A model generated the notes under the pieces. The model did no database searches and was not told where the DNA came from. It saw nothing but the letters and a program-made list of their open reading frames with translations. This document shows positions 1 to 12,569 of a DNA stretch of 64,000 bases, in pieces. The position numbers were made by a program, and so were the translations under genes. The DNA comes from Mobula hypostoma. Lineage: Eukaryota. Where the stretch lies: the NCBI RefSeq assembly GCF_963921235.1, contig NC_086097.1, positions 7,688,001 through 7,752,000 of the forward strand. Direction: 5' to 3'. How positions within the stretch are numbered: position 1 is the stretch's first letter; every line of letters starts with the position of its first letter.

Positions 1-182
1 GTGTAAATCCTGATGCTCCTGTATCTTCTTCCAAGAAGAGAGCACGGTCTGGATGGTGGGGTATCCCTGATGATTGATGCTGCTTTCCTCCAGCAACTTT
101 CAACGTAGATGGACTGGGCCATATCTTCTACTTTTTGTAGGATTTTCCATTCAAGGGCACTGGTATCCCATACCAGGCTGTG
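1..182 (-). mobile_element. Rex1/Babar-type LINE 3' fragment
   Basis: Similar to the Rex1-like copies at 12150-12680 and 18560-18780 (GATGCTGCTTTCC, CCATTCAAGGGCA..GGT.TCCCATACC). Confidence 0.7.
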
Positions 183-999
183 TTGTGGCGAGAAGTTACA
201 AAGTAGTAATGGATTCAGAAGAACTTTGAGAAGCTTTTCATAGGAAACACAGAAGTTAAAAATTCAGAGGTAAATATTGTGTCCCAAACAAAGCCTTGTC
301 TGCGGTCCAGAATCAAGAGAGAAAGATATCAACGTGTTCTCTGAAAATGAGTTGAATTTGCACTGTGTTATGTCTTGGGCAAAAAAAAAATCACAAACAT
401 GAGTCATTTGAATAAATTTCTAATGATTTCAGATGAAAGTGAGGGAGCATAGACTTCAGTTAAAGTTAAACATGTTTTTTTCTAAGATTTGATGTATCCT
501 GGGTAGTAGGAGAGAGAAATGGCTGACTACAGACCACATCAAATGATGGGAATGTTCTTGTCTGCTGATATCAAGGATTTTAAGTGAAGTGAGACTACAC
601 AGTCTGAAACTAGTTCCTGTACAGAATAGAGCTGCAGTAAAAAGGGGCTCATATTTCATCGCTAATTTGCACTAAGTTGACACAGGTGGAATTGCTGATG
701 CATTTCTACCCAGAGATAGGCATAACAAGGTGGAAAGGAAAACAGTGGTAGAAACATTCATCCAGACGAGGATTAATGGTCAACTGACAGAAAAAGGATT
801 AAGTAAAGCAATCCACCATGAGTTTGTTGAGGACAAATCATGTTGAACCAATTTGATAGAAATTTTATGTGGAGGTGCAGGAGAAGGACCTGCTTACTGC
901 TTATTTATTATTATTGTTCTATTTTTTTTTCTCAGCTCAAGCTGGTCCAGACTGAGATAAGGACATAGCCAAGCACACTCATTTCTCAATTGCTGGGAA

Positions 1000-1380
1000 C
1001 TCTCTGACGGTGGTGTCTGAAAAGAGGATGCTGTCCAAGTTGCATGCCATCTTGGACAATGTCTCCCATCCACTACATATAATGGACTGGTTGGACACAG
1101 GAGTACATTCAGCCAGAGACTCATTCCACCGAGATGCAACACAGAGCGTCATAGGAAGTCATTCCTGCCTGTGGCCATCAAACTTTACAACTCCTCCCTT
1201 GGAGGGTCAGACACCCTGAGCCAATAGGCTGGTCCTGGACTTATTTCCTGGCATAATTTACATATTACTATTTAACTATTTATGGTTCTATTACTACTTA
1301 ATTATTTATGGTGCAACTGTAACGAAAACCGATTTCCCCAGGGATCAATAAAGTATGACTATGACTATAACTATGACTAC
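1000..1380 (+). mobile_element. 5'-truncated Rex1/Babar LINE 3' end with (GACTAT)n tail
   Basis: Encodes the ORF2 C-terminus RMLSKLHAILDNVSHPLH...SFLPVAIKLYN (frameshifted), followed by CAATAAAG and a tandem tail. Nearly identical coding part at 57430-57635. Confidence 0.85.
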
Positions 1381-1871
1381 TTTTGGACTTTTCTAATGAT
1401 GTTTATTATTGTGACTGTCTGGAGATTTACATAAATATTGCTGTGTAGACCTGTGTAGACTTTGGGATGATACCAGTTGTAGATATTACTGTTGAGACAA
1501 TGTATACTCTGTTCATGTTCCATAGTCTTTCAACTTTCTCTTTCATTCAGCATATTTCTGGTATTCATCACTTACTGATTTCTGTATGTTGTGAGTGTTT
1601 GGAATTGCTATATCTATTAAGTGAATTGTACTTTTATTGATTATCCTGTACTATTATATCTGGACAGTTATTATGGATTATCCTGTCTGTAATAATGGAT
1701 CGGTAAAAAAACAATTTGTAGGATTCTGACTCTAAAACTGGATCAAGCTTGTGTTTATAATAAGACATAGTAACTTTTGTAAGTCTGTATTTTTATTATT
1801 ATTAATTTCTTAGCGTTTACCGTGAATGCATACAAAAAATGAATCTTAAGTTGTATATGGTAACAAATAAC

Positions 1872-2238
1872 CTCACAAATAGAGAAAGCCTGGAGAGTGT
1901 GAGAGGCAGGATAGGCAGGTGATAGTGAAGGGATGGGCTCAGACCGATAGTTTGAAATGTGTCTATTTTAATGCAAGGGGTATTATGAACAAAGCTGATG
2001 AGCTTAGAGTGTGGATCAGTAATTGGAGCTATGATGTTGTGGCCATTACAGAGACTTAGATGGCTCAGGGGCAGGAATGGTTACTTCAAGTGCCAGGCTT
2101 GAGATGTTTCAGAAAGGACAGGGAGGGAGGCAAAAGAGATGGGGGCGTGGCACTGTTGATCAGAGATAGTGTCACGGCTGCAGAAAAGGAGAAAGACATG
2201 GAGGGATTGTCTACGGAGTGTCAGTGGATGGAAGTTAG
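1872..2238 (+). mobile_element. CR1 LINE, ORF2 endonuclease N-terminus (left half of an interrupted element)
   Basis: CVYFNARG...YDVVAITET...GGVALLIRD APE motifs; the element resumes at 5689. Confidence 0.9.
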
Positions 2239-5200
2239 AACATAGAACATAGAATAGTACAGCAAAATACAGGCCCTTCGGCCCACAATGTTATGCCGAC
2301 CCTCAAACCCTGCCTCCCATAAAACACCCCCACCATAAATTCCTCCATATACCTGTCAAGTAGTATCTTAAACTTCACGAGTGTATCTGCCTCCACCACT
2401 GACTCAGGCAGTGCATTCCACGCACAAACTACTCTCTGAGTAAAAAACCTTCCTCTAATAACCCCCTTGAACTTCCCACCCTTTACCTTAAAGCCATGTC
2501 CTCTTGTATTGAGCAGTGGTGCCCTGGGGACGAGGCACAGGCTATCCACTCTATCTATTCCTCTTAATATCTTCTATACCTCTATCATGTCTCCTCTCAT
2601 CCTCCTTCTCTCCAAACAGTAAAGCCCCAGCTTCCTTAATCTCTGATCATAATCCATACTCTCTAAAACAGGCAGCATCCTGGTAAATCTCCCCTGTACC
2701 CTTTCCAATGCTTCCACATCCTTCCAATAGTGAGGTGACCAGAACTGGACACAGTACTCCAAGTGTGGCCTAACCAGAATTTTATAGAGCTGCGTCATTA
2801 CATCGCGACTCTTAAACTCTATCCCTCGACTTATGAAAGCTAACACCCCATAAGAATTCTTAACTACCCTATCTACCTGTGAGGCAACTTTCAGGGATCT
2901 GTGGACATGTACCCCCAGATCCCTCTGCTCCTCCATACTACCAAGCATCCTGCCATTTACTTTGCACTCTGCCTTGGGGTTTGTCCTTCCAAAGTGTACC
3001 ACCTCACACTTCTCCGGGTTGAACTCCATCTGCCACTTCTCAGCCCACTTCTTCATCCTATCAATGTTTCTTTGCAATCTTCGTCAATCCTCTATACTAT
3101 CTACAACACCACCAACCTTTGTGTCATCTGCAAACTTGCCAACCCACCCTTCTACCCCGACATCCAGGTCGTTAATAAAAATCTCGAAAAGTAGAGGTCC
3201 CAGAACAGATCCTTGTGGGGCACCACTAGTTACAGCCCTCCAATCTGAATGTACTCCCTCCACCATGACCCTTTGCCTTCTGCAGGCAAGCTAATTCTGA
3301 ATCCACCTGGCCAAACTTCCCTGGATCCCATGCCTTCTGACTTTCTGAATAAGCCTACCATGTGGAACCTTGTCAAATGTCTTAGTAAAATCCACATAGA
3401 TCATATCCACTGCATTACCCTCATCTATATGCCTGGTCACCTCCTCAAAGGACTCTATCAGGCTTGTTAGACCATGATCTTCCCTTCACAAAGCCATGCT
3501 GACTGTCCCTGATCAGACCATGATACTCCAAATGCCCATAGGTCCTATCTCTAAGAATCTTTTCCAACTGCTTTCCCACCACAGACGTAAGGCTCACTGG
3601 TCTATAATTACCCGGACTATCCCTACAAACTTTTTTGAATAAGGGGACAGCATTCACCTCCCTCCAGTCCTCCGGTACCATTCCCGTGGACAATGAGGAC
3701 ACAAAGATCCTAGCCAGAGTCTCAGCAATCTCTTACCTCACCTCATGGAGCAGCCTGGGGAATATTCCGTCTGGTCCCGGGGACTTATCCATCCTAATGT
3801 ATTTTAACAACTCCAACACCTCCTCTCCCTTAATATTAACATGCTCCAGAACGTCAACCTCACTCATATTGTCCTCACCATCATCAAATTCCCTTTCATT
3901 GGTGAATACCGAAGAGAGTATTCATTGAAGACCTCGTTCACTTCCACAGCCTCCAGGCACATCTTCCCACCTTTATCGCTAATCAGTCCTACCTTGACTC
4001 CTGTCATCCTTTTGTTCTTCACATAATTGAAGAATGCCTTGGGGTTTTCCTTTACCCTACTCGCCAAGACCTTTGCATGCCCCTTTCTTGCTCTTCTCAG
4101 CCCCTTCTTAAGCTCCTTTCTTGCTACCATATATTCCTCAATAGACCTATCTGATCCTTGCTTCCTAAACCTCATGTATGCTGCCTTCTTCCACCTGACT
4201 AGATTTTCCACCTCACTTGTCACACCTGGTTCCTTCACCCTACCATTCTTTATCTTCCTCACCGGGACAAATTTATCCTTAACATCCTGCAAGAGATCCC
4301 TAAACATCAACCACATGTCCATAGTACATTTCCCTGCAAAAACATCATCCCAATTCACACCCGCAAGTTCTAGCCTTATAGCCTCATAATTTTCCCTTCC
4401 CCAATTAAAAATTTTCATGTCCTCTCTGATTCTATCCTTTTCCATGATAATGCTAAAGGCCAGGGAGAGGTGGTCATGTCCCCCAGACAGTCACCCACTG
4501 AGAGATCTGTGACCTGACCCAGTTCGTTACCTAATACTAGATCTAGTATGGCATTCCCCCTAGTCGGCCTGTCAACATGCTATGACAGGAATCCGTCCTG
4601 GACACACTTAACAAACTCTGCCCCATCTAAACCCTTGGAACTAATCAGGTGCCAATCAATATTAGGGAAGTTAAAGTCACCCATGATAACAACCGTTATT
4701 TTTCCACCTTTCCAAAATCTGCCTCCCAATCTGCTCCTCGGTATCTCTGCTGCTACAGGAGGCCTATATAATACTCCCAATAGAGTAATTGCTCCCTTCC
4801 TGTTCCTGACTGCCACCCATACTGACTCAAAAGAGGATCCTGCTACATTACCCACCCTTTCTGTAGCTGTAATAGTATCCTTGACCAGTAATGTCACCCC
4901 TCCTCCCCATTCCCCCACCACCCACTATCCCTTTTAAAGCACTGAAATCCAGGAATATTGAGAATCCATTCCTGCCCTAGTGCCAGCCAAGTCTCTGTAA
5001 TGGCCACTACATCATAATTCCATGTATGTATCCAAGTTCTCAGTTCATCACCTTTGTTCCTGATGCTTCTTGCATTGAAGTACACGCACTTTAGCCCTTC
5101 TACCTTACTACCTTTACATCCTTTATTTTGCTTCTCTTTCTTCAAAGCCTCTCTCTATGTTAGATCTGGCTTTACTCCATGCACTTCTTCTACTGCTCTA

Positions 5201-5688
5201 TTGCTCCGAGTCCCATCCCCCTTGCAAATTAGTTTAAACCTTCCCAAACCATGCTAGCAAACCTACCTGCAAGGATATTGCTCCCCGTCGAGTTCAGGTG
5301 CAACCCATCCAATCTGTACAGGTCCCACCTTCCCCAGAAGAGATCTCAATGATCCAAAGATCTAAAACCCTGCTCCCTGCACCAACTCCTCAGCCACGCA
5401 TTCAACTGCCATCTCCTCCAATTCTTACCATCACTGTCACATAGCACTGGCAGCAATCCTGAGAATGCCACCCTTGAGGTCCTGTTCTTCAGCCTTCTGC
5501 CTATTTCCTGAAACTCACACTTCAGGACCTCATCCCTCTTCCTGCCTATTCATTGGTCCCAACATGTATCACGACTTCTGGTTGCTTTCCTTATCGTACC
5601 AGGATGTCAGGCACCCGGTCAGAGACATCCCGGAGCCTGGCACCCGGGAGGCAACAAACCATGCAGGTGTCCTTCTTACGTTACGTCC
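2239..5688 (-). mobile_element. CR1 LINE (3' part of ORF1 esterase, decayed ORF2, tail) nested antisense inside another CR1
   Basis: ORFs contain [40 protein letters not shown] and RPHLEYC. The (CTATGTT)n tail is at 2239-2255 and TTAG is present at both junctions. Confidence 0.95.
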
Positions 5689-8279
5689 TTAGGAACAGGA
5701 AGGGGTGAATAACTCTACTGTGTTTTTTTTGTAGACCTCCCAATAGGGACATTGAGGAGTAGATAGGGATACAGATACTGGAAAGTTGTAATAATAACAG
5801 GGCTGTTGCGGTAGGAGATTTTAATTTCCCAAATATCGATTGGCATGTCCCTAGAGTGAGGAGTTTAGATGGGGTGGAGTCTGTTAGGTGTGTTCAGGGA
5901 GATTTCTTGACACAATATGTAGATAACCCTGCAAGAGGAGAGGCTGTACTTGATCTAGTATTGGGAAATGAACCTGGTCAGGTGTCAAATCTCTCAGTGG
6001 GAGAGCATTTTGGAGATAGTGATCATAATTCTATCTGCTTTTCCATAGCATTGGAACGAGATAGGAACTGACAAGTTAGGAAAGTGTTTAATTGGAGAAA
6101 GGGGAAATATGAGGCTATCAGTCAGGAACTTGATAGCATACATCGGGAACAGGTGCTCTCAGGAAAATGTACGGAAGAAATGTGGCAATTGTTCAGGGGA
6201 TATTTAAGTGAAGTTCTGCATAGGTACATTTCAATGAGCCAGGGAAAGGGTAGCAGGGTACAGGAACCGTGGTGTACAAAGTCTGTTGAAAATCTAGTCA
6301 AGAAGAAAAGAAAAGCTTACAAAAGGTTCAGAGAGCTAGGTAATGTTAGAGATTTAGAAGAATGTAAGGATAGTAAGAAGGAGCTAAAGAAAGAAATTAA
6401 GAGAGCCAGAAGGGGCCATGAGAAGGCCTTGGAAGGCAGGATTAAGGAAAACCCCAAGGCAGTCTACAAGTATATGAAGAGCAAGAGGATAAGATTTAAG
6501 AGAATAGGACCAATCAAGTGTGACAGTGGAAAAGTGCATATGGAACCAGAAGAGATAGCAGAGGTACATAATGAGTATTTTGCTTTAGTACTCACTACGG
6601 GAAAGGATCTTGGTGATTGTAAGGATGACTTACAGCGGACTGAAAAGCTTGAGCAAGTAGATATTAAGAAAGAGGATGTGCTGGTTTTTTTGGAAAGCAT
6701 CAAGTTGGAGAAGTCACTGGAACCAGATTGGATGGACCCCAGGCTATTGTGGGAGGAGAGGGAGGAGATTGCTGAGCCTCTGGCGATGATTTTTGCATCA
6801 TCAGTGGGCACGGGAGAGGTTCTGGAGGATTGGAGGGTTGCGGATGTTGTTCCTTTATTCAAGAAAGGGAGTAGAGATAGCCCAGGAATTAATAAACCAG
6901 TGAATTTTACTTCAGTGGTTGGTAAATTGATGGAGAAGATCCTGAGAGGCAGGATTTATGAACATTTAGAGAGGCATAATATGATTAGCAATAGGCAGCA
7001 TGGCTTTGTGAAAGGCAGGTTATGCCTTACGAGCCTGATTGAATTTTTTGAGGATGTGACTAAACACATTGATGAACGTAGAGTAGTAGATGTAGTGTAT
7101 ATGGATTTCAGCAAGGCATTTGACAAGGTACCCCATGCAAGGCTTATTGAGAAAGTAAGGAAGCATGGAATCCAAGCGGACATTGCTTTGCAGATCCAGA
7201 ACTGACTTGTCAAGAGAAGGCAAAGAATGGTTGCAGACAGGTCATATTCTGCATGGAGATTGGTCACCAGTGGTGTGCCTCAGGGATCTGTTCTTGGACC
7301 CCTACCCTTCAAGATTTTTATAAATGAACTGGATGAGGAAGTGAAGGGATGGGTTAGTAAATTTGCTGATGACACAAAGGTTGGAGGTCTTGTGGATAGT
7401 GTAGATGGGTGTCAGAGGTTACAGCAGGGCATCGGTAGGATGCAAAACTGGGCTGAGAAGTGGCAGATGGATTTCAACCCAGATAAGTGTGAGGTGGTTC
7501 ATTTTGGTAGGTCAAATATGATGGCAGACTATAGTATTAATGGTAAGACTCTTGGCAGCGTGGAGGATCAGAAGGATCTTGGGGTCCAATTCCATGGGAT
7601 ATTCAAAGTGTTGAGCAGCTTGACTCTGTGGTTAAGAAAGCATATGCTGCATGGTGTATTGGCCTTTATCAGTCAAGGGATTGAGTTTAGGAGCTGAGAG
7701 GCAATGTTGCAGCTATATAGGACCCTGGTCAGACCCCACTTGAAGTACTGTGCTTAGAACTGATTGCCTCACTACAGGAAGGATGTGGAAACCATAGAAA
7801 GGGTGCAGAGGAGTTTTACCAGGATCTTGCCTGGATTAGAGAGTGTGCCTTATAGAAATAGGTTGACTGATCTAGACCTTTTTTCCTTGGAGCAATGGAG
7901 GATGAGAGGTGACCTGATAGAGGTCTATAAGATGATGAGGGGCATTGATCGTTGGATAGTCAGAGGCTTTTTCCCAGGGCTGAAACATGAAGGGGCATAG
8001 TTCTAAGGTGTGTGGAAGTAGGTTAAGGTGGGATATCATGTGTAAGTTCTTCACACAGAGAGTGGTGGGTGCATGGAATACACTGCTAGCAGTGGTGGTA
8101 GAGGCGAATACAATAGGGTCTTTTAAGAGTCACTTAGATAGGTCCATGGAGCTTGGAATAATAGAGGGCTATGTGGTGGGGAAATTCTAGGCAGTTTCTA
8201 GAATAGTTTACATGGTCAGCACAACATTGTGGGTCAAAGGGCCTGTAATGTTCTGTAGATTTCTATGTTCTATGTTCTA
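5689..8279 (+). mobile_element. CR1 LINE, rest of ORF2 and 3' tail (right half of the interrupted element)
   Basis: LDLVLGN/SDHN endonuclease end; 373-aa ORF with QHGFVKGR and [18 protein letters not shown] and KFADDTK; CTATGTTCTATGTTCTA tail. Confidence 0.95.
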
Positions 8280-8281
8280 GA

Positions 8282-8690
8282 TGGTGATACAACCAGTTGA
8301 GTGCTTTCTACAGCACACCTGTGGAAATTTGTGAGATCTTCTGGTGACATATGAAGTCTCCTGAAACTCCTAATGGAATTTAGCTGCTGTCATACCTTCT
8401 TTGGAATTGCATCAATATGTTGGACCCAGGAAAGATATTCAGAGATGTTGACATCCAGGAGTCTGAAACTGCTCATCCTTTCCACTGCCGATCCCTCCGT
8501 GAGGACTGCCGTGTGTTCCCTCAACTTCCCCTTCCTGAAGCCCACAATCAATTCCTTGGTCTCACTCATGTTGTGTGCAAGTTTGTGTTGCCACAATGTT
8601 CAACCCACTGATCTATCTCACTCCTGTATTCCTCCTCATTATCATCTGAAATTCTGCCAAACATAATTGTGTCAATGGCAAATTTATAGA
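8282..8690 (-). mobile_element. Rex1/Babar LINE RT fragment
   Basis: ETKELIVGFRK...AVERMSSFRLLDVNISEYLSW motif on the minus strand. Confidence 0.8.
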
Positions 8691-9714
8691 TGTGTCTCGC
8701 TCAATGGCGTATCGCACAATTTAGATCCAACAGTGTTAAAGGACTAATGATATTTTTTACAAATTAGGGCGTTATGTTGCCTGGAAGAGAACTTGCAGGT
8801 GATGAGCCTCCTGCAAATTCTGGTGAGAAAGGTAAAAGGTTTGGGAGGAATAATGCCAATGCATTTTGCAGTGGGTGCTCTTTGTAGTCACTTAGTATCA
8901 CTGGTGCAGGGTATGAATATTAAGAGAGTGCCAATCCATCGGGGTTCCTTGGTACCAGAAGGTGTCAAACTTCCTAAGAGTTGCTGGAGCTGCATGCATC
9001 CAGGAATGTGGCGACAATTCCATCTCACTCCTGACTTGTACAGAGTAGGTGGAGGAGGCATGCTACTCTGAAGCACACTGGCCTGTAATTTCAGCCTGAG
9101 TTCTATTCCACTATGTTTGGAATCTGGACAGAATTAAATGATATGGCATTTAAGATCACAGATGTCTTGGAACTAGAATTCAAACTCTTTGGCAACTTAA
9201 ACATATGTTGAGTTCGATGATAACGCCCACTCTGATCTCCTGAAGAAGGGTGTAGTCTTGGCCAAAAACGTTGGAAGCTTCGTGTTACGGTATTTAACTT
9301 ACAAATTCAGAGCGTGAATCAGGACATTTGCCAGCTCCTGATGGGAACTCCATGCGGAGATCGCAGCTGTGATATAATTGCTCTGTAGTGCTAGAAGTGA
9401 GTCAGGGCTTTTATAAATCATCTCCACCATATCCACAGTGCAGTAGCAGAACAGACTGCCAAGGAGATGAAGAAAAGCATTGGGTAGGTACGTTCCAAGT
9501 CTGTCTGAGCTTTTCTCCCATGCAAAAAAAAAATGGCCTGCTTGAATCCAGTATCACAAGAGCTTCCCCAAGTCACTTGGAATTGCCTACTAATCAGTGG
9601 GCTGGGGACGACAGAATGCAGCTCGCACATGCCTCTGCTGGAAAATTGCTGCAATAGTGAACTGTGTCATGCGATACTGGTCATTGAAATATGATGCTGG
9701 GAGATGATGTGCAG

Positions 9715-10228
9715 AGGACACCACTGTGACGGCTGAGACCCACGAATTGCCATCAGCCTGACTGCCATCAAGGACATATATACTGAAAAGGGCCAGTAAC
9801 ATCATGAAGGATCCCATCCACCCTGCTCATGGACTGTTTGTCTCAATCCCATCAGGGAGGAGGCTATGTAGCATCCATCCCAAGACTGCCATACTCAAAA
9901 TCAGCTATTTTCCCGAGCAGTAAGGCTGATCAACACATGCATACATTAACCCCACTCCCGCCCCCCACTTCTTTATCGTTTCATGTCAGCCACTTTATGT
10001 ACAGACATTCCTGTGCTTAGTGTCACTTTGTGGACATATAATCAATCTATGTATATGTTACTTATGTATTTATATTTATTGTGTGCGCTCTTATTATTGT
10101 GTCCCTTATCCTATTGTGTTATTTTGTGCTGTATCGGATCCAGAGTAACAGTTATTTTATTTTCCTTTTCACTTGTGTTCTGGAAATGACATTAAGCAAT
10201 TCTGAAACCTGTCTCTTGAATCTTGAAT
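9715..10228 (+). mobile_element. Rex1/Babar LINE 3' end and UTR
   Basis: RASNIMKDPIHPAHGLF.SIPSGRR motif; the UTR ends GAAATGACATTAA with (TCTTGAA)n; related UTR at 35325-35520. Confidence 0.7.
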
Positions 10229-10889
10229 TACTAGAACATGAATGATGAATACCTTTCTTTTTCCTCTAACTTAAAAACAAAAATTTTAACACTACCATCA
10301 AAATTCCAGATATTTTCCCCAGCTGTGTAAGAAACACGCACCTCTTGTGACTCAATCCTGTATAATGGCAGGCAGGCCCAACAGATTGCCAATTAACCCA
10401 GGAAAGATATCTACTTGATCTATATAAAATACTTTTTATAAATACATATAAACAATTAATGCATCAGGATCAGAATCTTGTTTAGAATCACAGAGAGATA
10501 CAAAAGAACAACATTGAAACAGTCCCTTTGGCCTATCGAGTCCATGCCAAAACATTTTGGCTGCCAAGTTTCATCGACCTGCACTGGGACCATAGCCCTA
10601 AGTTCCCCTCCCATCCATGTACCTATCCAAACTTCTCTTAAAACTTACAAGAAGGTTCACAGCCGTCTCTATTTCCTGAGGAGACTGAGGTCCTTTAACA
10701 TCTGCCGAACGATGCTGAGGATGTTCTACGAGTCTGTGGTGGCCAGTAATCAGAACGTACCCCAAAAAGGTGGTTACAGGCCAAGACCAGAGGGGCAGAA
10801 CTACTACTGCTGCCAGTCCCTGTGATCACCATATAGCATCAAGGAACATGGGTTTACAAGCATCCAAGTCACAAATATCCAAGAGACAG

Positions 10890-11162
10890 TGAGTTTAGGA
10901 CCAAAGGACACAGACTCAGTATAGAGGTATGTCCATTTAGAGCAGAGATAAGGAGGAATTTCTTTAGCCAGAGGATGGTGAGTCAGTGCAATTCATTGCC
11001 ACAAATGGCTGTGGAGGCCAAGTCATTGGGTATATTCACAATGAAGGTTGATAGATTCTTCATTCATGAAGACATCAGTGGTGACCGGGAGATGGCAGGA
11101 GCCATGATGGAGCAGACTCAATGGGTTGAATGGCCGAATTTGCTCTTATGCTTTATGGTCTT
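10890..11162 (+). mobile_element. CR1 3' fragment
   Basis: RRNFFSQRMVS..NSLP C-terminus plus the 3' UTR (GGAGCAGACTC.ATGGG...TATGGTCTT). Confidence 0.8.
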
Positions 11163-11670
11163 TCACGTTTACTCTCCTCAGCTAATTTTTGGCTGAGAAT
11201 TTCACTCCTTTTCATTTTGGAAATTAAAGGAAGAACTACCATCACGCAGTTATTGCAGACATCACATTCAAAATGGTGGAGGAACACAGCAGGTGAGAAG
11301 GAAAAAGACTATTGACGTCCACTGCCAAGCTCTTCATGTTATGCAGTCATGACTGGTTTCTCTCCCCACACTTTTCCGGCTCAGTGCTTACAATTGAGGT
11401 AGCTGATTAATGATAATCTGTTGTTTTTAACTCCCTTTCTTGCTGTACACTAAGTAAATTATCTTGTAGCTCTCCAGATCAGAAGGTTCAGATTCAAAGT
11501 TCAAAGTTCACAGTAAATGTATTATCAATATAGATATATGTCACCAAATACAACCCTGATTCATTTTCCTGTGGGCATACCCAGCAGATTTAGAGAATTG
11601 TAACTATAACAGGATCAGTGAAAGAGCAATTAGAGTGCAGAAGACAACAAATTGTGAAAAATGCAGATAT

Positions 11671-11958
11671 TGTAGCGGTGTGTTACACACAGCGCTAGAA
11701 TAACGACACGTAGTCGGTGAGCTGTAGTTGCAAAAAGAGAGATTTATTCAAACTTCGCGGCCTCCTTTAAAGCCTTCCTGTTCCCGCCCTCCCCGGGTAG
11801 GATTGCTGTGGGGAATGCATAATCGCAGACCCTTTCCACGCGCGGGATTTTCCCCCTGCTGGTGAAGATGGCCTGGCGCCCTTTTTGGGGCCGGCCTCTC
11901 TGCCGGCGCACGCCATTTTGTGAGCCGGTTCGAGTGTGCTTTAAAGTGGGTCACCACA
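11671..11958 (-). mobile_element. Solo LTR, 288 bp (Gypsy-like)
   Basis: TGT...ACA ends; flanks ATAT/GTAT (4-bp TSD, 1 mismatch); removing it restores GCAGATATAAATAAATAGC as seen at 18426; AATAAA on the minus strand near 11743; CpG-rich. Confidence 0.85.
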
Positions 11959-12248
11959 GTATAAATAAATAGCAATAAGTAGCGAGAACATGAGATAACA
12001 AGATAAAGAGACTTTAAAGTGAGATAATGAATTGTGGGAGCATCTCAATGGATGACAAGTGAGTTTAGTTATTCCCTTTTGTCCAAGAGCCTCATAGTTG
12101 AGGAGTAGTAACTGTTCTTTAACTTAGTGATGTGAGTCTTGAGGATCTTGTACCTTCAACCTGATGGCAGCAGCGAGAAAAGAGCATGGCCTGGGTGGTG
12201 AGGATTCTTGATGATGGATGCTGCTTTTCTATTACAGCATTTCATGTA

Positions 12249-12569
12249 CCTGGGGTGATTGATAAGTTCGTGGCCTACGGTAGAAGGAGATGAGTTATTA
12301 ACTTCAAACTTTCTGTGTTATCACTCAAAGAGTTAACCTGCATGTGCATGTAACTACAGCCGTATAACCCATCTCCTTCTACCTTAGGCCATGAACTTAT
12401 CAATCACCCCTGCTGTGGACACTTTCTGGAGGTCCAAGATCCATATGCTTCACGACCGCTGAACAATGTGTGTAAAAGTAGGAGGGGACTACGTTGAAAA
12501 ATAAATGTGCTAGGTTTCCTAAAATTGACTCCTTCTACCTTAGGCCATGAACTTATCAATCAGCCCCCA
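12249..12569 (+). mobile_element. Mariner-derived non-autonomous DNA transposon
   Basis: TA duplication; about 40-bp TIRs GGGGTGATTGATAAGTTC(G/A)TGGCCTA.GGTAGAAGGAG; transposase C-terminal remnant R*TMCVKVGGDYVEK* at 12457-12504. Confidence 0.9.

Noticed and set aside
6084..7205. 373-aa ORF as a host gene or functional RT
   Set aside because: It is a CR1 ORF2 fragment bounded by stops and frameshifts in an interrupted element.
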